Assembly (NCBI RefSeq): GCF_006345805.1
Contig: NW_021833283.1
Span: forward strand, 12,905 to 76,904
Source: Octopus sinensis
Taxonomy: Eukaryota
Direction: 5' to 3'
Length of the DNA stretch: 64,000 nt
In this document: positions 14,283-28,692 of the stretch, in pieces
How positions within the stretch are numbered: the first letter of the stretch is position 1
Layout: every line of letters starts with the position of its first letter
The notes under the pieces: generated by a model
Told to the model about the DNA's origin: nothing
Databases searched by the model: none
What the model saw: only the letters and a program-made list of their open reading frames with translations
Program-made: the position numbers and the translations under genes

Positions 14283-14583
14283 GCTGTTTCTTCTCGAGCC
14301 AAGCCTGTCTCATAACGGCCGGTTTTCCGATTTCCTTGGCGTATACGTTCCCTACCTGCACGGGACGCCGGTCAGTCACAGGTAAGCTGCTAGATGTAGG
14401 AGGAAAGAGTGAGAGAAAGTTGTCCTAAAGTGTCAGGAGAAGTTCGCAATTACATTCCGCCGCAGCTGCCTGGAGCTTAGGTGTTTCGCTCATAAACGCG
14501 CACATCACCCTATCTGAGATTCGAACCCACGCTGCCTGGACCGCGTGTCTGCTGCTCTAACCATTAGGCCATGAGCCTCCACA
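14283..14583 (-). mobile_element. tRNA-derived SINE family C1 (V-domain-like), diverged full length
   Basis: Reverse complement aligns along its length with 17000-17308. Confidence 0.88.
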
Positions 14584-14649
14584 ATATGTATAAGTTAATT
14601 CCTAACAGATCATTAACGCCCAATTTTATATTACTTTAAGGTTTTGATA

Positions 14650-14818
14650 CATGGCAAGCAATTTTAGAAAGGTCTTCATTCAATTAGATCAAACCTAGTT
14701 TATTAACATTGAGAGGATGAAGAACTACGACGACCTCAGCAGAATTTGAAAATAAAAACGGGCAAAATGCCGCTAAATATTTTGCACGTCTGCAAGTGAT
14801 TCTGTCAGCTCGTCGCCT
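14650..14818 (-). mobile_element. Degenerate SINE family A
   Basis: GGATGAAG..CGACCTCAGCAGAATTTGAA..TTCTGTCAGCTCGTCGCC. Confidence 0.7.
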
Positions 14819-14956
14819 TATGTACACTATTGAAATAGAATGAATATCGATAATATAAAGTTGAATGTATACACAGATCGGTTTAAAGAGATACTTGGAA
14901 GCAACTTATTAAGGAACCTAATTTTTCTCAACAGCTATTTCAGAGAAGCATATGTA

Positions 14957-15125
14957 GGCGCAAACGTGGATGTGTGTGGTAAGAAGTTTGCTCCTCAATC
15001 ACATGGATTCGGGTTCAGTCCAGCAGCATGTCGCTTTGAAGAAGTGCCGTTTACTATAGCCTAGGGCAGGCCAAAATCTTCTGTATGGTTATGGCATCCG
15101 GAAACTGAACGAAGCCAGTCATATA
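14957..15125 (+). mobile_element. Degenerate SINE family B, 5' half
   Basis: GGCGCA..GTGG.TGTGTGTGGTAAGAAG..GGGTTCAGTCC..ACTATAGCC..GGAAACTGAA. Confidence 0.8.
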
Positions 15126-15199
15126 TTTGTATGTATGAATGTATATGTATGTATACGTTATGCATGTATGTCTGTATATATATATATGTATATCAGTAT

Positions 15200-15242
<43 letters not shown>

Positions 15243-15362
15243 ATATATTTATGTGTGTGTGTGGGTGGTGCGCGCACACATGGACACAACAACAAACACA
15301 CACATGCACACAAGTGGTGGCGACGAATGATAGACTTATATATGTATGTATATATCTATATA

Positions 15363-15465
<103 letters not shown>

Positions 15466-15472
15466 TATATAT

Positions 15473-15522
<50 letters not shown>

Positions 15523-15661
15523 ATAATAAGGGTGAGAGAATTAGATACTAATATAGTATATTATTCAACACCAAGTGGCCTAGTGCTACGAGAAACCTGG
15601 ATTATTATAATATTATAATATAATATATTATAATATAATATTTGTAAAAATATTTTATATT

Positions 15662-15699
<38 letters not shown>

Positions 15700-16619
15700 C
15701 TTACTCTTGAACTTATATGTATACGTGCATAGATAAAATCACATATATATCTATATGTACAGAACAACATACATTTAAGCTTGTGTACCTTCATACATAT
15801 ACACATACATTCGTATATACACGCATTCATATTATATACGAAGAAACACATAACTAAACTCATACAATTTCTATGCATGCATTCATGCATGCTCACATAT
15901 ATTGAGACATAGATTCAAATATACATGTATACATACATACGTACATACATACATATATATATATATATATACACATACATATATACTTACATACATTCAT
16001 AGTACATATATATATAGAGAGATCCATGTGTCCTGTCACGAAAAGTATATATGACACAAAGTCCTGCCTGCTTTGCCTATCAGTCTTTTATCTTACCCAT
16101 ATTTTAAGAGTACAAAGCACTAAAATAACTGTCGCTGTCATTCTTTTGTTTTATGTGTTTGAAGAAATTTAATTCTATTAAAGTCACCCTCAGATGTTCA
16201 TATCACAATGCCGTATCTCGGAATATATCACATAAAATAATCTCACATTTGTATTTCACACCATGTTCCGATAATTTAATCTCTTTATTAAATATATTTT
16301 AAGAAGCCAAACTTACACACATACTTATATGTATATGTGTTTCTCTGTGTGTGTGAGTGTGTGCGTATTTTTGTATATATATAAAGACACATATATAAAG
16401 ACATGTAAACGTATATATACATTTATGTACACATACTTTTTATTTACTACATTATGTTTGCACCCATGTTTGTATAATAACGCCAAGGAAGCATTTCTCA
16501 GTATCCAGCTCTCTTTCTGCCCACCCCCACTTGTATTTCCCTGTCTCTCGCTCTCTTTCTCCCCCCTCTCTTTCCTGCTTTCAATCATTTTGGGCTTCTC
16601 TGCAAGAAATAGAAGCTAA

Positions 16620-17450
16620 GTCACCTTTTGAATCACTATGCCTGTTTAACATACATTTCCTTTGGGTACTAGATTTTGTGTTTCTTGTCAAGAATACATG
16701 AGTGATAGAAAAAGGCCATCCTTCACGGCTAGAAGCTGGAGGCCTTGCACAAGACCACCACACGTTAGCACCAACTGTGATTTCGTGTCGCAAACGTACA
16801 ATCCGCCAAAGTTTTCACCATCCACCCCTGGTTGCCATTATACCATTTTTGTGATTGTTAACTGCGAAATCGTTTTTCCTTCCCTCAACCATCTAGGATG
16901 CGGACGCAAATCTTCATGGGCTTGATAACGAGGTCAAAATATTGTCATCTGTGCCGTTGTGACCATTACCACCTACCTTTATTGCACATCTAACATAATG
17001 TGGAGGCACATGGCCTAGTGGTTAGAGCAGCAGCCTCGCGGTCGAGGGATCGCAGGTTCGAATCTCAGACCGGGTGATGTGTGTGTTTATGAGCGAAACA
17101 CTTAAGCTCCACGCGGCTCCGGCAGAAGGTAATGGTGAACCTTCTGCTGACTCTTTCACCACAACTTTCTCTCACTCTTTCCTCCTGCATCTAGCAGCTC
17201 ACCTGCGACGGACCAGCATCCCGTCCAGGTGGGGGAACTTTACGCTAAGAAACCGGGAAATGGGCCCTTATGAACCAGGCATGGCTCGAAAAGGAACAAA
17301 CAACAACTTCTAACATAATCAAGATTGAACTGTCCATTCTCAGATGCCCAACTGATGTGTTGCTCTCGCCTCTATCACGTCATTTCAAAAACCTTTGTTG
17401 CTTGCTGTCAGCCACTTTTGAGGTTTACACTTCATCCCATTTCCTGATAT
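16620..17450 (-). pseudogene. Possible highly decayed Tigger/pogo-like transposase remnant, interrupted by a SINE
   Basis: Minus-strand peptides LK*RDRGESNTSVG and ATRGGW*..RLRHEITVGAN weakly recall the CENP-B/Tigger HTH and ASxGW motifs; many stops. Confidence 0.3.
17000..17308 (+). mobile_element. tRNA-derived SINE family C1 (V-domain-like) with 11-bp TSD
   Basis: A box TGGCCTAGTGG, B box GGTTCGAATC, V-like CCTGCGACGGACCAGCATCCCGTCCAGG, (CAA) tail; TCTAACATAAT at 16989-16999 and 17309-17319. Confidence 0.93.
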
Positions 17451-17667
17451 ATCTTCCGGAATAGAATTAACAGTAGACTACCTACGTAGAAAGGAAGAAA
17501 ATATATTCTGATTGTAATGGTTGCCTCTGATTATTTCACAGTAAATAATAAATGCTCATACTTCTTCTGTCATCTTCAATCATCACCATCAGCATTATCC
17601 TCCTCCTCCTCCCCCCTCATCATCCTGAACCTCATCCACCTCATCTTCGTCGTCATCATCGTCGTCG

Positions 17668-17700
<33 letters not shown>

Positions 17701-18659
17701 CTGCCACGTCATCGTCCCTATAGTCCCCATTGACATCATCGTCATTATTATCATAATTATTGTCGTAGTCGTCAACGTTGTCAACAACGACAGCCTAACA
17801 GAGATGGAACCCAACATCCCACACTCGGCTTTCTAGAAATAGATGCAAATGTCTCCTAAATTCACACACTACGATGTAAAAAGGGAAGGACGAAGCAAAG
17901 GCACTGTATTAAACGTTCAAATACACCTGATTCTTATAAACTCGAATGTTTTGATTGCAGGTCTGTTCTAGACAACCTGCCCTAAATATAAATTACTCTG
18001 CCACGGGCAATACCATGGCCATCAACAAGAACATCAACAGCAAAGCGAACTATATCAACCAGAAAATGAGACACAGCTAGCATGAAGAACCGTTGAGGTA
18101 ACACGTATAACATTATTAGATACTACAAAATTGTAGCAAGATCTAATTCCAATCAAGTACTATGGTTTCTAACAAGTATTTCATATGAGATAATGGAATC
18201 CGAGAGAGAGAGAGCATTTCTTAGATTCATGCAAATATAGAAGAGAAAATTTTGAGATAGATTGAGAGAAAAAAAATTGAGTGAGATAATGAGAGAGAGA
18301 GAGAGAGAGAGAGAAGGAGGGGGAGGAGGGGGAGGAGGAGGAAACGAGACAGAGTCGTAGAAAATGAAATGGCGTGAGATGGAGAGAACGAGTGAACGTA
18401 GTTGAAAAAGTGAAATTGAAAGTAAGTACTACGGAGAGACAATGGAGAATTTTTAGAGACATGAAGAGAAATGAAGAGAGAGTAAGAAAGAGAAGGGAGA
18501 GCGAATGACCAAAGAGAGATATTCTAACAGTCAATGAAATTTGAGAAAGAGAAGGAGAGGCAGAATTGGAATGACAGCGATAGATAGAGACATTTAGGGA
18601 GAAAGATATAAAAAAGATAAGTACGGAGACAATTAGAGAGAAAAAAAAACTCAGCAAGA

Positions 18660-18727
<68 letters not shown>

Positions 18728-18870
18728 TAATAATAATAATAATAATAATGATAATAATGATAATAATAACAACAACAATAGAAGTAGTAATAATAATAGT
18801 AATAATAACAACGACAGCAACAACAATAATAATAATAATAATAATAGAACCACCACCAACAATAATAACG
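18660..18870. repeat. (AAT)n microsatellite preceded by a GA-rich tract (18200-18660)
   Basis: Direct inspection. Confidence 0.95.
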
Positions 18871-19231
18871 GTACAAGAGAAGAAAGTGAAGAAAAAGAGG
18901 TGAGTGGTTTAGGGAAAGGACGAACCATAACTGACATCATGATATATGGAGTAGATAATTGATAACTGTCAAAATTTTTTCCAGTCTTAAAAATAACCAT
19001 AAAATATCACAGAAATTTCATCCCAACCTCTAGTACGCCTGTACTTTAATGGGGGAGGGGGTGCGTTTCTGCGCTGTTTTATGTTTCCCTCTAATCTTCC
19101 CTACCTTTCCCAGTACCTCATTGCCTTCTCCGCATCTTCCTGCTTTTTAATACTTCTCTCTTCCTCTTTTGCTATCTATGAATATGTGTGTATATGTGTG
19201 CATGCATTTTTGTTTGTTTTGCTTGTCCGTT

Positions 19232-19291
<60 letters not shown>

Positions 19292-19590
19292 CCGAAAGTT
19301 GCCATTTTGAATCTATGAAACAACAAATAACGAACTGATAAAACAACGTAACGCGATTCATTCAAAAAGCAAGCAACACAACACGCCAAAACACGCCAAA
19401 ACACGCCACAATACATTCACATACGCACACATGTCCACACTCGCACACACACTCGCACACACTCACACAGACACACATATATGAACGTAAGTTTATAAGT
19501 GCATACATATATAGTATATATATACACATATATACGCATGTACAAATACACACACACGTATATATATGTACATATATATATATATATATA

Positions 19591-19703
<113 letters not shown>

Positions 19704-20862
19704 TTGTGTGTTTGTATATTTTGTATGTATAACAACAACAACAAACATCGTCAACAACAATGCCATCAACGTCATCAACAAAAGGCTATAAGAATAAGGA
19801 CATAGGGAGAATAAATAATAAATAAATAAACAAAATGGCAGGAAAATGTTTTTGAAACCAAGAAAAAAATTGATAAAAAATAAAGTGAGGCACATAAAAA
19901 CGAAAAGAAGGGAGAGGATAACTTGAAATAGGAAGAGGAAAAATATTAACAAACACAAAAGAAATAAAACAATTTGAACGAAAGTAAAACAAAATAGATG
20001 GAAAAGCAAAAAAATATTTGATTTTGTTGAAAGCAAACCCCCCCTCCCCAGCCTTCATTGTAAATTATCTTTTAATGTACGATTTATTTTAATTGTCTGC
20101 AAATATTTATGGCTTTTCCTTCACGTCACCATAATTGATACATCCATACTTGTTTTGTGTCAAGGTCTTCTGGGCAGCCGAACTCTACTACACTACTCTG
20201 ATGTCTTTTCTTCCTACACTTCATTTTTTTAAAAAATTGTATCTTTAATCTGTTTTCTTTTTGTTTCTTTTTCTCTCCTGCTTTCACTCAGTAAATGATC
20301 TTGTCTGCCAAAGGGCTGCTTATACTGTGTACGTATCAGCCTGTGTATCGTTGTGATATATCTCATAAATCTGTATTCGTCTGTGTGTATGCATCAGTTT
20401 ACATATTCTATGCGTGTGTATGGTATGCAATTTTTAGAGTATTCCATATTTTCGTTATATGGTAGATCGGAGATCCTTTCTTTCTGCGGTTTTGCTATCA
20501 CCTAAGCATTAATTCGTAACCCTGATTACCTGTTGAGCCATCGCTTGCTCACAACAAATGAATATTTTTAGCTGATAATAAAACGTAGTGTCGTATTGGG
20601 ACAATAATTCACATCCCACTAAATTATGGGTAACTTCTCAAAGTGTTTCTGTACCATATTTTTTGATGGCTAATTATTTAAAAATACATCTAGCTCTATA
20701 ACCAAAAAGCACTGGATAACACCGCAATGCTTACTTCTTCAACACACTGTTTCATACTAAAAAGAAACCGAACGAAATATTTGTCTAATGCTTCGGCTTA
20801 TAAATGATTCATCATAAAATCATCTTTTACCCGATCATAACATAATACAGGTTTACACACAT

Positions 20863-20921
<59 letters not shown>

Positions 20922-21847
20922 AAAACAAACTCATATTTCTGTATCATTTAGTAATAGAGGAACAACGATCTTCTTATTCAAATTGGTCTGCACAATATCG
21001 TTGGTTTGAAGGCTTACAGGTTTATATCACTTGAAAATGCATAGACAGAACGGAACCATCTGGAAGCCACGTTTACGCAGTCGACTGACTTACTAAACAT
21101 AACAGCTAAATCACATGCAGATCTATTTTCCACTTTAAATAAATACGCCTATTCAGAGAGTATCTTACAACAAACAACAACAATGACAATAATAACATAA
21201 TTGTCAAAATTACAGAAAGAGACACTTTTTTGTGGGCTATTTTTGCTTGAAACGTGACAGAAGTAATAACATGTATAGTCGCCTGTATTGGTTGGTATTT
21301 TGGTGGAGTTGATAGTTCTCGAAACTTCCTACGTTGAAGAATCGTATACTACTGGAGTTAATGATGCATAGACAGCACTGTTATCATTGTCGAACACAAT
21401 AGCCCTATGTACACTCCACTCTAAATCTCTCACTCCTAATATAACTACCACTTATATACTTTAGAGTATCCTGCCTCCCTCAGAAGTCATATGTCGAACA
21501 ACCATGAAACCACAAGGGAAACAACCGGAATTTAGAGACGAACTTTTCAAGATTAATATTCTTCAACATCTCCACACATTTAGATGAACGCACAAACACA
21601 CACACACATACACACGCACACACACACACACACACGCACACACACACGCACAATATTCTATTTGCAAAGGCTCAAAGGTGGGCATATCTTCGAAAAAAGA
21701 ATTGTTATTTAGTTTCATTCCGTATTCTAATGAGTTACAAAAAAAATGTAAGTTTTGCTTAAGTTACAGACACAGAAGCACATTCTAAAGACGATTTGGC
21801 CTGGAAATACTCCGGATACCTTAGAGACAGAATCATTAACAAATCAG

Positions 21848-22010
21848 TTTTAGCCAGTTCTAGCTTGTGTCATTGGTAATGACCAGACACTTTGGAGCTG
21901 AGATGCCCTCGCACCTCAAACATCCAGCCTTTTAACCAGTTTTAGCTTGCATCATTGCCCATAACGTGATACCTTGGAGCTGAGATGCCCTCTTACTTCG
22001 AACAACCGAC
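21848..22010. repeat. Diverged ~80-bp direct tandem duplication
   Basis: TTTA.CCAGTT.TAGCTTG..TCATTG....TTGGAGCTGAGATGCCCTC occurs twice. Confidence 0.8.
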
Positions 22011-22070
22011 GTCAATCTGTACCGCATCCCATCACGTAAGCAAGCTCAAGCAATGAGAACCGACCATGCG

Positions 22071-22308
22071 AATACCTATTTCTTTACTACCCACAAGGGG
22101 CTAAACACAGAGAGGACAAACAAGGACAGACAAATAGATTAAGTCGATTAGATCGACCCCAGTGCGTAACAGATACTTAATTTATCGACCCCAAAAGGAT
22201 GAGAGGCAAAGTAGACCTCGGCGGAATTTTGAACTCAGAACGTAACGGCAGAGGAAATACGGCTACGCATTTCGCCCGGTGTGCTAACGATTCTGCCAGC
22301 TCACCGCC
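22071..22308 (-). mobile_element. SINE family A
   Basis: Full head to tail match with the other A copies. Confidence 0.92.
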
Positions 22309-22782
22309 AACTGATATAATGCTTGCTTCAAATACTGACCAAATTTTCTGACTGATCACTCACCTGTAGACTTTGTGTGCGAATGTAAAACTCACAGTAA
22401 AAATGGAAGGAATCAGTAAGTATATCCGAACGAATACAACCTCCACGTGTTGTGAACTTTTACACTTCATTTTTATACATCACATGTTCAAAATATTTGG
22501 CACAGTACTTGTACTGAAGCAGAAGAATTTACATCAAAGCAGATTCGGGATTATGATATAACTGTTTTATAACTTCAAATCATACTATCAAGTTGTATTT
22601 ACATCCGTTATATTTTATAATCATATTATATTATTATATGTTAAATTGGATTTCTTATCATATATTTACAAATAAACTATCTAATGTGATCTTATTTTTT
22701 CAGATTGAATGTCAGGTTTTGAAGGGTATTTGACGCAACAATACCTCGTAGCTGAAACTACTGGATAATGTAATGATGTACT

Positions 22783-23040
22783 TTTTTTTTCCTTCTCGAG
22801 CCATGCCTGACTCATAAGGGCCGGTCTCCCGGTTTCTTGGCGTATAGGTTCCCCACCTGGATGGGTAGCCGGTCCGTCGCAGGTGAGCTGCAAGATGCAG
22901 GAGAAAAGAGTGAGAGAGAGAGAGAGTTGTGGCGAAAGAGTCAGCAGAAGTTCGCCATTACCTTCTGCCGGAGCCGCGTGGTTTAAATGCCGATAAGCAT
23001 TTCGCCCGGCGTGCTAACGTTTCTGCCAGCTCGCTGCATG
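22783..23040 (-). mobile_element. Chimeric SINE: family A 5' head joined to family C1 body and tail
   Basis: A head about 22985-23037, C1 body 22783-22980; flanks ATGATGTACT (22773-22782) and ATGTTGTACT (23041-23050). Confidence 0.75.
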
Positions 23041-23234
23041 ATGTTGTACTATGTGTATACTACTGATATTTTCACACACAGACACACAAACACGCGTACA
23101 CACAAACACACACATATAGTGTCTAATTTCTTATAGAGCTAATTTGAAGTAATTAAAACTATAAACGTTCTTTCAAAATGCATAAAAATCAAATTTTCCA
23201 ATCCGTCCATAATAGATTATGACCTAAAAACATT

Positions 23235-23282
23235 ATAACTCTAACATAAATATATTGATACATAAACACACACATACACATA

Positions 23283-23331
<49 letters not shown>

Positions 23332-23510
23332 ACACACACCACGCACACACACACACACATACACATACACACACACGCACACACACACACACACATACAC
23401 ACATACACAACACACACACACACACACACACGCACACACATACACACACACACACACACATACACACACACACCACATACACACACACACACACGCACAC
23501 ACACACGCAG
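23235..23510. repeat. (CT)n/(CA)n microsatellite
   Basis: Direct inspection. Confidence 0.95.
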
Positions 23511-23732
23511 CACTGTCAAACTTAAGTTAGGCTTCTCTGCAGATCAATGTCTTAACACTAATACAGTTTAAGGTCTCAAAATACGAATTGCTCTTATGTT
23601 ATCGATAAATCGATATTGTTATAAAGACATTTTAAAACTGTCACATATTACAATGACTGTTAAAGTTACAAATCTTATTGAGAAATATGATAGATTGTTC
23701 TGTTCACTACCGAAGATCAACGCTACCAGTGG

Positions 23733-23733
23733 T

Positions 23734-23772
<39 letters not shown>

Positions 23773-23973
23773 GTCGTCGTCGTCATCATCATCGTCATCA
23801 TCATCATCATCATCCTCATCATTACCATCATCATCACCGTCGTCATCATCGTCATCATCATCGCTATCATCATCATCACCATCATCATCGTCATCATCAT
23901 AATCATCATCATCGTCGTCGTCGTCGTCATCATCATCGTCATCATCATCATCATCGTCATCATCATTGCTATC

Positions 23974-24005
<32 letters not shown>

Positions 24006-24141
24006 CATTATCATAATCGTCGTCGTCGTCATCATCATCATCATCGTCATCATCATCGCTATCATTATCATCATCACCATCATCATCATCATCATCAATA
24101 TCATCATCATCGTCATCATCTTCGCTATCATCATCATCATC

Positions 24142-24173
<32 letters not shown>

Positions 24174-24210
24174 CATTCTCATCATCACCATAATCGTCGT
24201 TGTCGTCTTC
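23733..24210. repeat. Imperfect (ATC)n microsatellite, ~480 bp
   Basis: Direct inspection; source of the poly-Ile/Met/Asp/Ser ORFs. Confidence 0.95.
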
Positions 24211-25454
24211 TATTTCTAATAACATATTTCATAAACATCTTTATGGTCTTATTGTATTCGCGTGTTGTCCATGTCCGTGGGCACACGTCTGGGTGTATGT
24301 GTAGATATGTGTACAGGGAGACACAGGTAAGTGGGTGACAGGTATTCAGATATATATATCCTTATTATTCGTGACAGTGTATCCGTGTATATGTATGTGT
24401 GTACGCGTACTAGTGCGTATTTGTGACTCCCGTGTCTCTCTACGAGAATTTAAGTGTGTTTTGTGTGTGGTGTATCCATTTAAAACCAAACATAACATTA
24501 GCGGTAAGGTAATATTTTTACTGACAGTGTCATACGACAGCCTTTATATTGTGAATCAACTTGATGACACTGACCACTTTGGTGATGATGACAAGATTAT
24601 AGCGACGAAATTGATGCTGCTGATGATGATGACGACGACGACGTCGACGAAATTGATGATGATGATGATGATGATAATAATAATAATAATAATAATAATA
24701 GAAGAAGAAGAGAAGAAGAAGAAGAGAAGAAGAAGAATAAGAAGAAGAAGAAGAAGAACAATAATAATAATAATAACAATAATAAGATGATAATGGTGAT
24801 GATGATGATGATGATGATGATAGTAGTAGTAGTAGTGGTGGTGATTTTGATGATGATTTGCCATCAGCGTCGTCGTCATCGTCGTTGTCGTCTTCTCTTC
24901 GATGTTATTGTCGTCGGTGTTGTCATCATCATCATCATTTGGTGGTGTTAATGACCAGTTAATATTTGCTGCCGGTTAGTGTAAATACTCGCTGGACACA
25001 TTTTCACCTAAATATACATTTATGCAATTATATTTAAAAACAAAATATAATGTTCATACTTTCTTGAATGCATATCGGTAAGCCATTAAAAACAAATATA
25101 CACACACACATACACACATACAAATAAACACACACAAATAAACACGCACCACATCACACGTTCCGTTCAATAGAACTTTGCATATATATAAATTACACTC
25201 TTTAATAATTTATATATACCTCATTAGATAGAGATGTCTATACGCATAATTATATGCACAACTAAATACAATATTTTGTGTAATTTCTTCAACACTTCTT
25301 ATCTTTCGGCAAAGTGTTCTTGTGATTGGAAAGATGAAAGTTACATAAAGATCTTCTGTAAATAATTAAAAAATATATATTTCACAAAATTTGATGTATT
25401 TTATAAATTGTTTAATAAAGTTTGTAGAATCATACATACACGAACATAATCATT

Positions 25455-25774
25455 TTTTCTGCTCTAGGCACAAGGCCCGAAATTTTTGGGGAGGGACATG
25501 TCGATTAGTTCGACCCCAGTACGCAACTGGTACTTAATCTATCAACCCCCAAAGGATGAAAGGCAAAGTCGGCATCGGTGGAATTTGAACTCAGAACTTA
25601 AAAGGATTAAGTCAATTATATCGACACCATTGCGTAAGTGGTACTTATTTAATCGACCCCGAAAGGATGAAAGGCAAAGTCGAAGTTGGCGGAATTTGAA
25701 CTCGGAACGTAATGGCAGACGAAATACCGCTAAGTATTTTGCCCGGCGTGCTAACGGTTCTGCAAGCTCGCGGC
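25455..25774 (-). mobile_element. SINE family A, dimeric with internal deletion
   Basis: Two copies of the AAAGGATGAAAGGCAAAGTCG..GGAATTTGAACTC core and the alternative ..GGGCCTTGTGCCTAGAG tail. Confidence 0.88.
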
Positions 25775-26212
25775 ATTGGAACACATAATTATTGATGCAT
25801 AAATGCACTCGTATTAAAATTTACAGAATATCAGAATATATGAAAATATGAACAAAAATGTCATTGTCATTAACAGATGCGGAGAACACCCTATATACAT
25901 TATTCAGGTTCAAACCTGAGCTGAAATGATTTTAACACATAAACGAATAATCGACTATTAAATTTATAAGAAGACAACAAATTACAATTATTTCAGCTCA
26001 ACTTCACTTTTACAACTCATGAAGTAAACTGGAGTAAATTTCAGGTCAGTGTATTATCGCGTTTTTACTACGAGTGGTCAACTGAATATGAAGTCAGAAT
26101 GGGGTAATTTAAATACTCTACGCTCAGCGTCCTAAAAGCTGCCAGGTCAATATTTCCTTTCATCATTCCGTAATCCTTCGAATAAGTACACACACACACA
26201 CACCACACACAC

Positions 26213-26281
<69 letters not shown>

Positions 26282-27251
26282 CATACATAGATACAGATAG
26301 ATAGATAGATAGATAGATAGATATATAGATAGATAGATAGATCGGCAGATAACTAATAGATTGATAGATAGATAGATATATTGTTCATTCTGTTGTTAAT
26401 ACTAGTTTCCCAAGTTAGTTTGTACAAAAATACCAATTAGGGTAATAAAAGTATAAAAGTATTTTAAAGTACTTAAGAATTTTTGAGAAAAAATTATGCA
26501 GCCCGCCATAATGCATATATTTTGACTGGCAGCATATCGGGTTTTTCTTTCTGGAATAAATGAATAAATTTCTTACAATATTTGCTGTATCTAAAGAGTT
26601 AATTGCGAGAAAACACCTCGTAAAGGTATCCAGAAACTAAGATTTCTCTCTTACTGTATTACGGTAGAACTTAAAATAACGAGGTAAATAAGAAGAATCT
26701 ATGGAATCATAAAGAGTATTCCCTGAAAAACCAAAAGAAAAAAGTACCAAATAAACGTGAATTTCGTCACTCACGATACAATATTAATTAATCTTATATC
26801 AACCAAATATAACTTGCTATCCAAGCTAGAATGACGCTTGAAAGACATCACTAGAACAGCTAGAATAAAACATGAGACACAACTGAGACAGGACCTGAGA
26901 ATGACCATCGCGGCAATTGAATTCACTTGAATTATTGATGGCTGTCTTCTCAGAGAAGAAAAAAAATGCACAACGTTTTTATTTTAGTTCAAGCACAAAA
27001 GCTGAAGTTGCTGAAGGATTGATATACTTTCTTCTATGTCAGATTTTCACTCGTATATATTTCTGAATTTTGTGCATATTGCCCATGTTAAGTGATAGTA
27101 ACTGATGTATACATATATGTAAGCGTAGTATGTATATATGAATGTATGTACATTCATATTATTGTAGGAATTAGTAATTAATATACACCCGTCGCACGTG
27201 ACGAGTCGAATGACAAACTCACTACAAGTAGGGTGACGTCGGCCAGTATCT

Positions 27252-27313
27252 AGAGAGTACGTTAAGTAAGAGAGTACATTGAGTAAGAGAGTACGTTGAG
27301 TAAGAGAGTACGT
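27252..27313. repeat. 17-bp minisatellite, about 3.6 copies
   Basis: AGAGAGTACGTTGAGTA units. Confidence 0.9.
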
Positions 27314-28510
27314 GTAGACTATGTTGATAGTCATGTCTTGTTCTGATATAATAATTATACTGTGATACTGAGTGTAAATTGATATAATCTATATTGTAAA
27401 TTTCTAGTCGCCATATTACTTGCAACGAAAATGATCTTCTCCCTACTTAAGAGACCTGTCCGATTTGAATTCAAGTACTGGGTAGCGGGGTTTCACCAAA
27501 ATACTGGCCGTCGAAGTATACTATTCCACCACCCTTATCGTAGCTCAGAACATATCCTCTACCAAATTAGCCATTATTCGGAGATATAGTAACATGAGGC
27601 TTGTTGATTATAGAAACAAGCACGTAGATTCATACGTAGGATTGTGACAATACTAGAGATTAGGCTATCAACTTAGATGCCGGGATACAAACATGGCGAG
27701 CGAATAAAATGTGGTCGCAGACTTCTCAAATGAAGCATATATACACTTGACATGACCCGGCCACTATATTTATTCCTTTTTACGCTCTTAATGTATATTT
27801 GGATATGAAAAAATTGCAATTATTACATTATATGCATGCATTTATGCACACAGACACACATGAGAGCATCTATCATCTTTTGTTTTTATTTAAGTGAATA
27901 ATGTGAAATGGAATTCTGTGTTAGGGCTTCTTCAATTTTTTTTTATCCTAATAGTTAAAATATCCTTGCATTTAATATCCCGTCATAGTAATGTACGATG
28001 AACAAGAAAGATTGCCTTAATAAGAATAAATTTAGCTTGTTTCCATTTTATAAACAATGTTTTGGTACAGCCGATGGTCAGGGTAACATTCTATTAAATA
28101 TGAGTCTATTTCTATACTCAAATCATTATTATAATGTCTACGACATGGGAGTCCATTGAGAAATATAGATGACGCAATTAAGTTCGTTGTTTTAAGTGGA
28201 TTTCGCAGCAAAAACTGGCGAGACGCTTACATAATTTTGGGTTCAAATATTTAAAAAAATTAACAGAAATAAATTAATTCCCTGAGCTTGAACAACACAT
28301 TGATCTTTATTGGGGAGAAGAGTAAAAGAATTCTCAGTGGAATAGATATAAAAGATCTTATCAAAAATATAACCCGATTTTGATAAAAAATTACATGTAA
28401 TTTTTTTATTATAAAAGTTTTATAACTTATTGCATATTTTATTATATTATGTGGTTTGAAAGATTCTCCTTTGTTTGGGGGCTGATGGCATGTACAATGA
28501 TGTTTGTATG

Positions 28511-28590
<80 letters not shown>

Positions 28591-28692
28591 TATATGTGTT
28601 ATATATATATACATAATATATATATATGTATATGTATATATATATGTATGTATATATATATATGTGTGTGTGTGTGTATATATACTTACTGA

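Noticed and set aside
17255-17295. Hammerhead-like CTTATGA(G/A)CCAGGCATGGCTCGA in the C1 tail
   Set aside because: No CUGANGA core or GAAAC-GUH arrangement; an ordinary SINE tail stem-loop
23596-24225. Long poly-Asp/Ile/Met ORFs
   Set aside because: Translations of an (ATC)n microsatellite that is open in several frames on both strands; no domain or splice support
27252-27313. CRISPR-like repeats
   Set aside because: Adjacent units without spacers, in eukaryotic DNA with no cas genes
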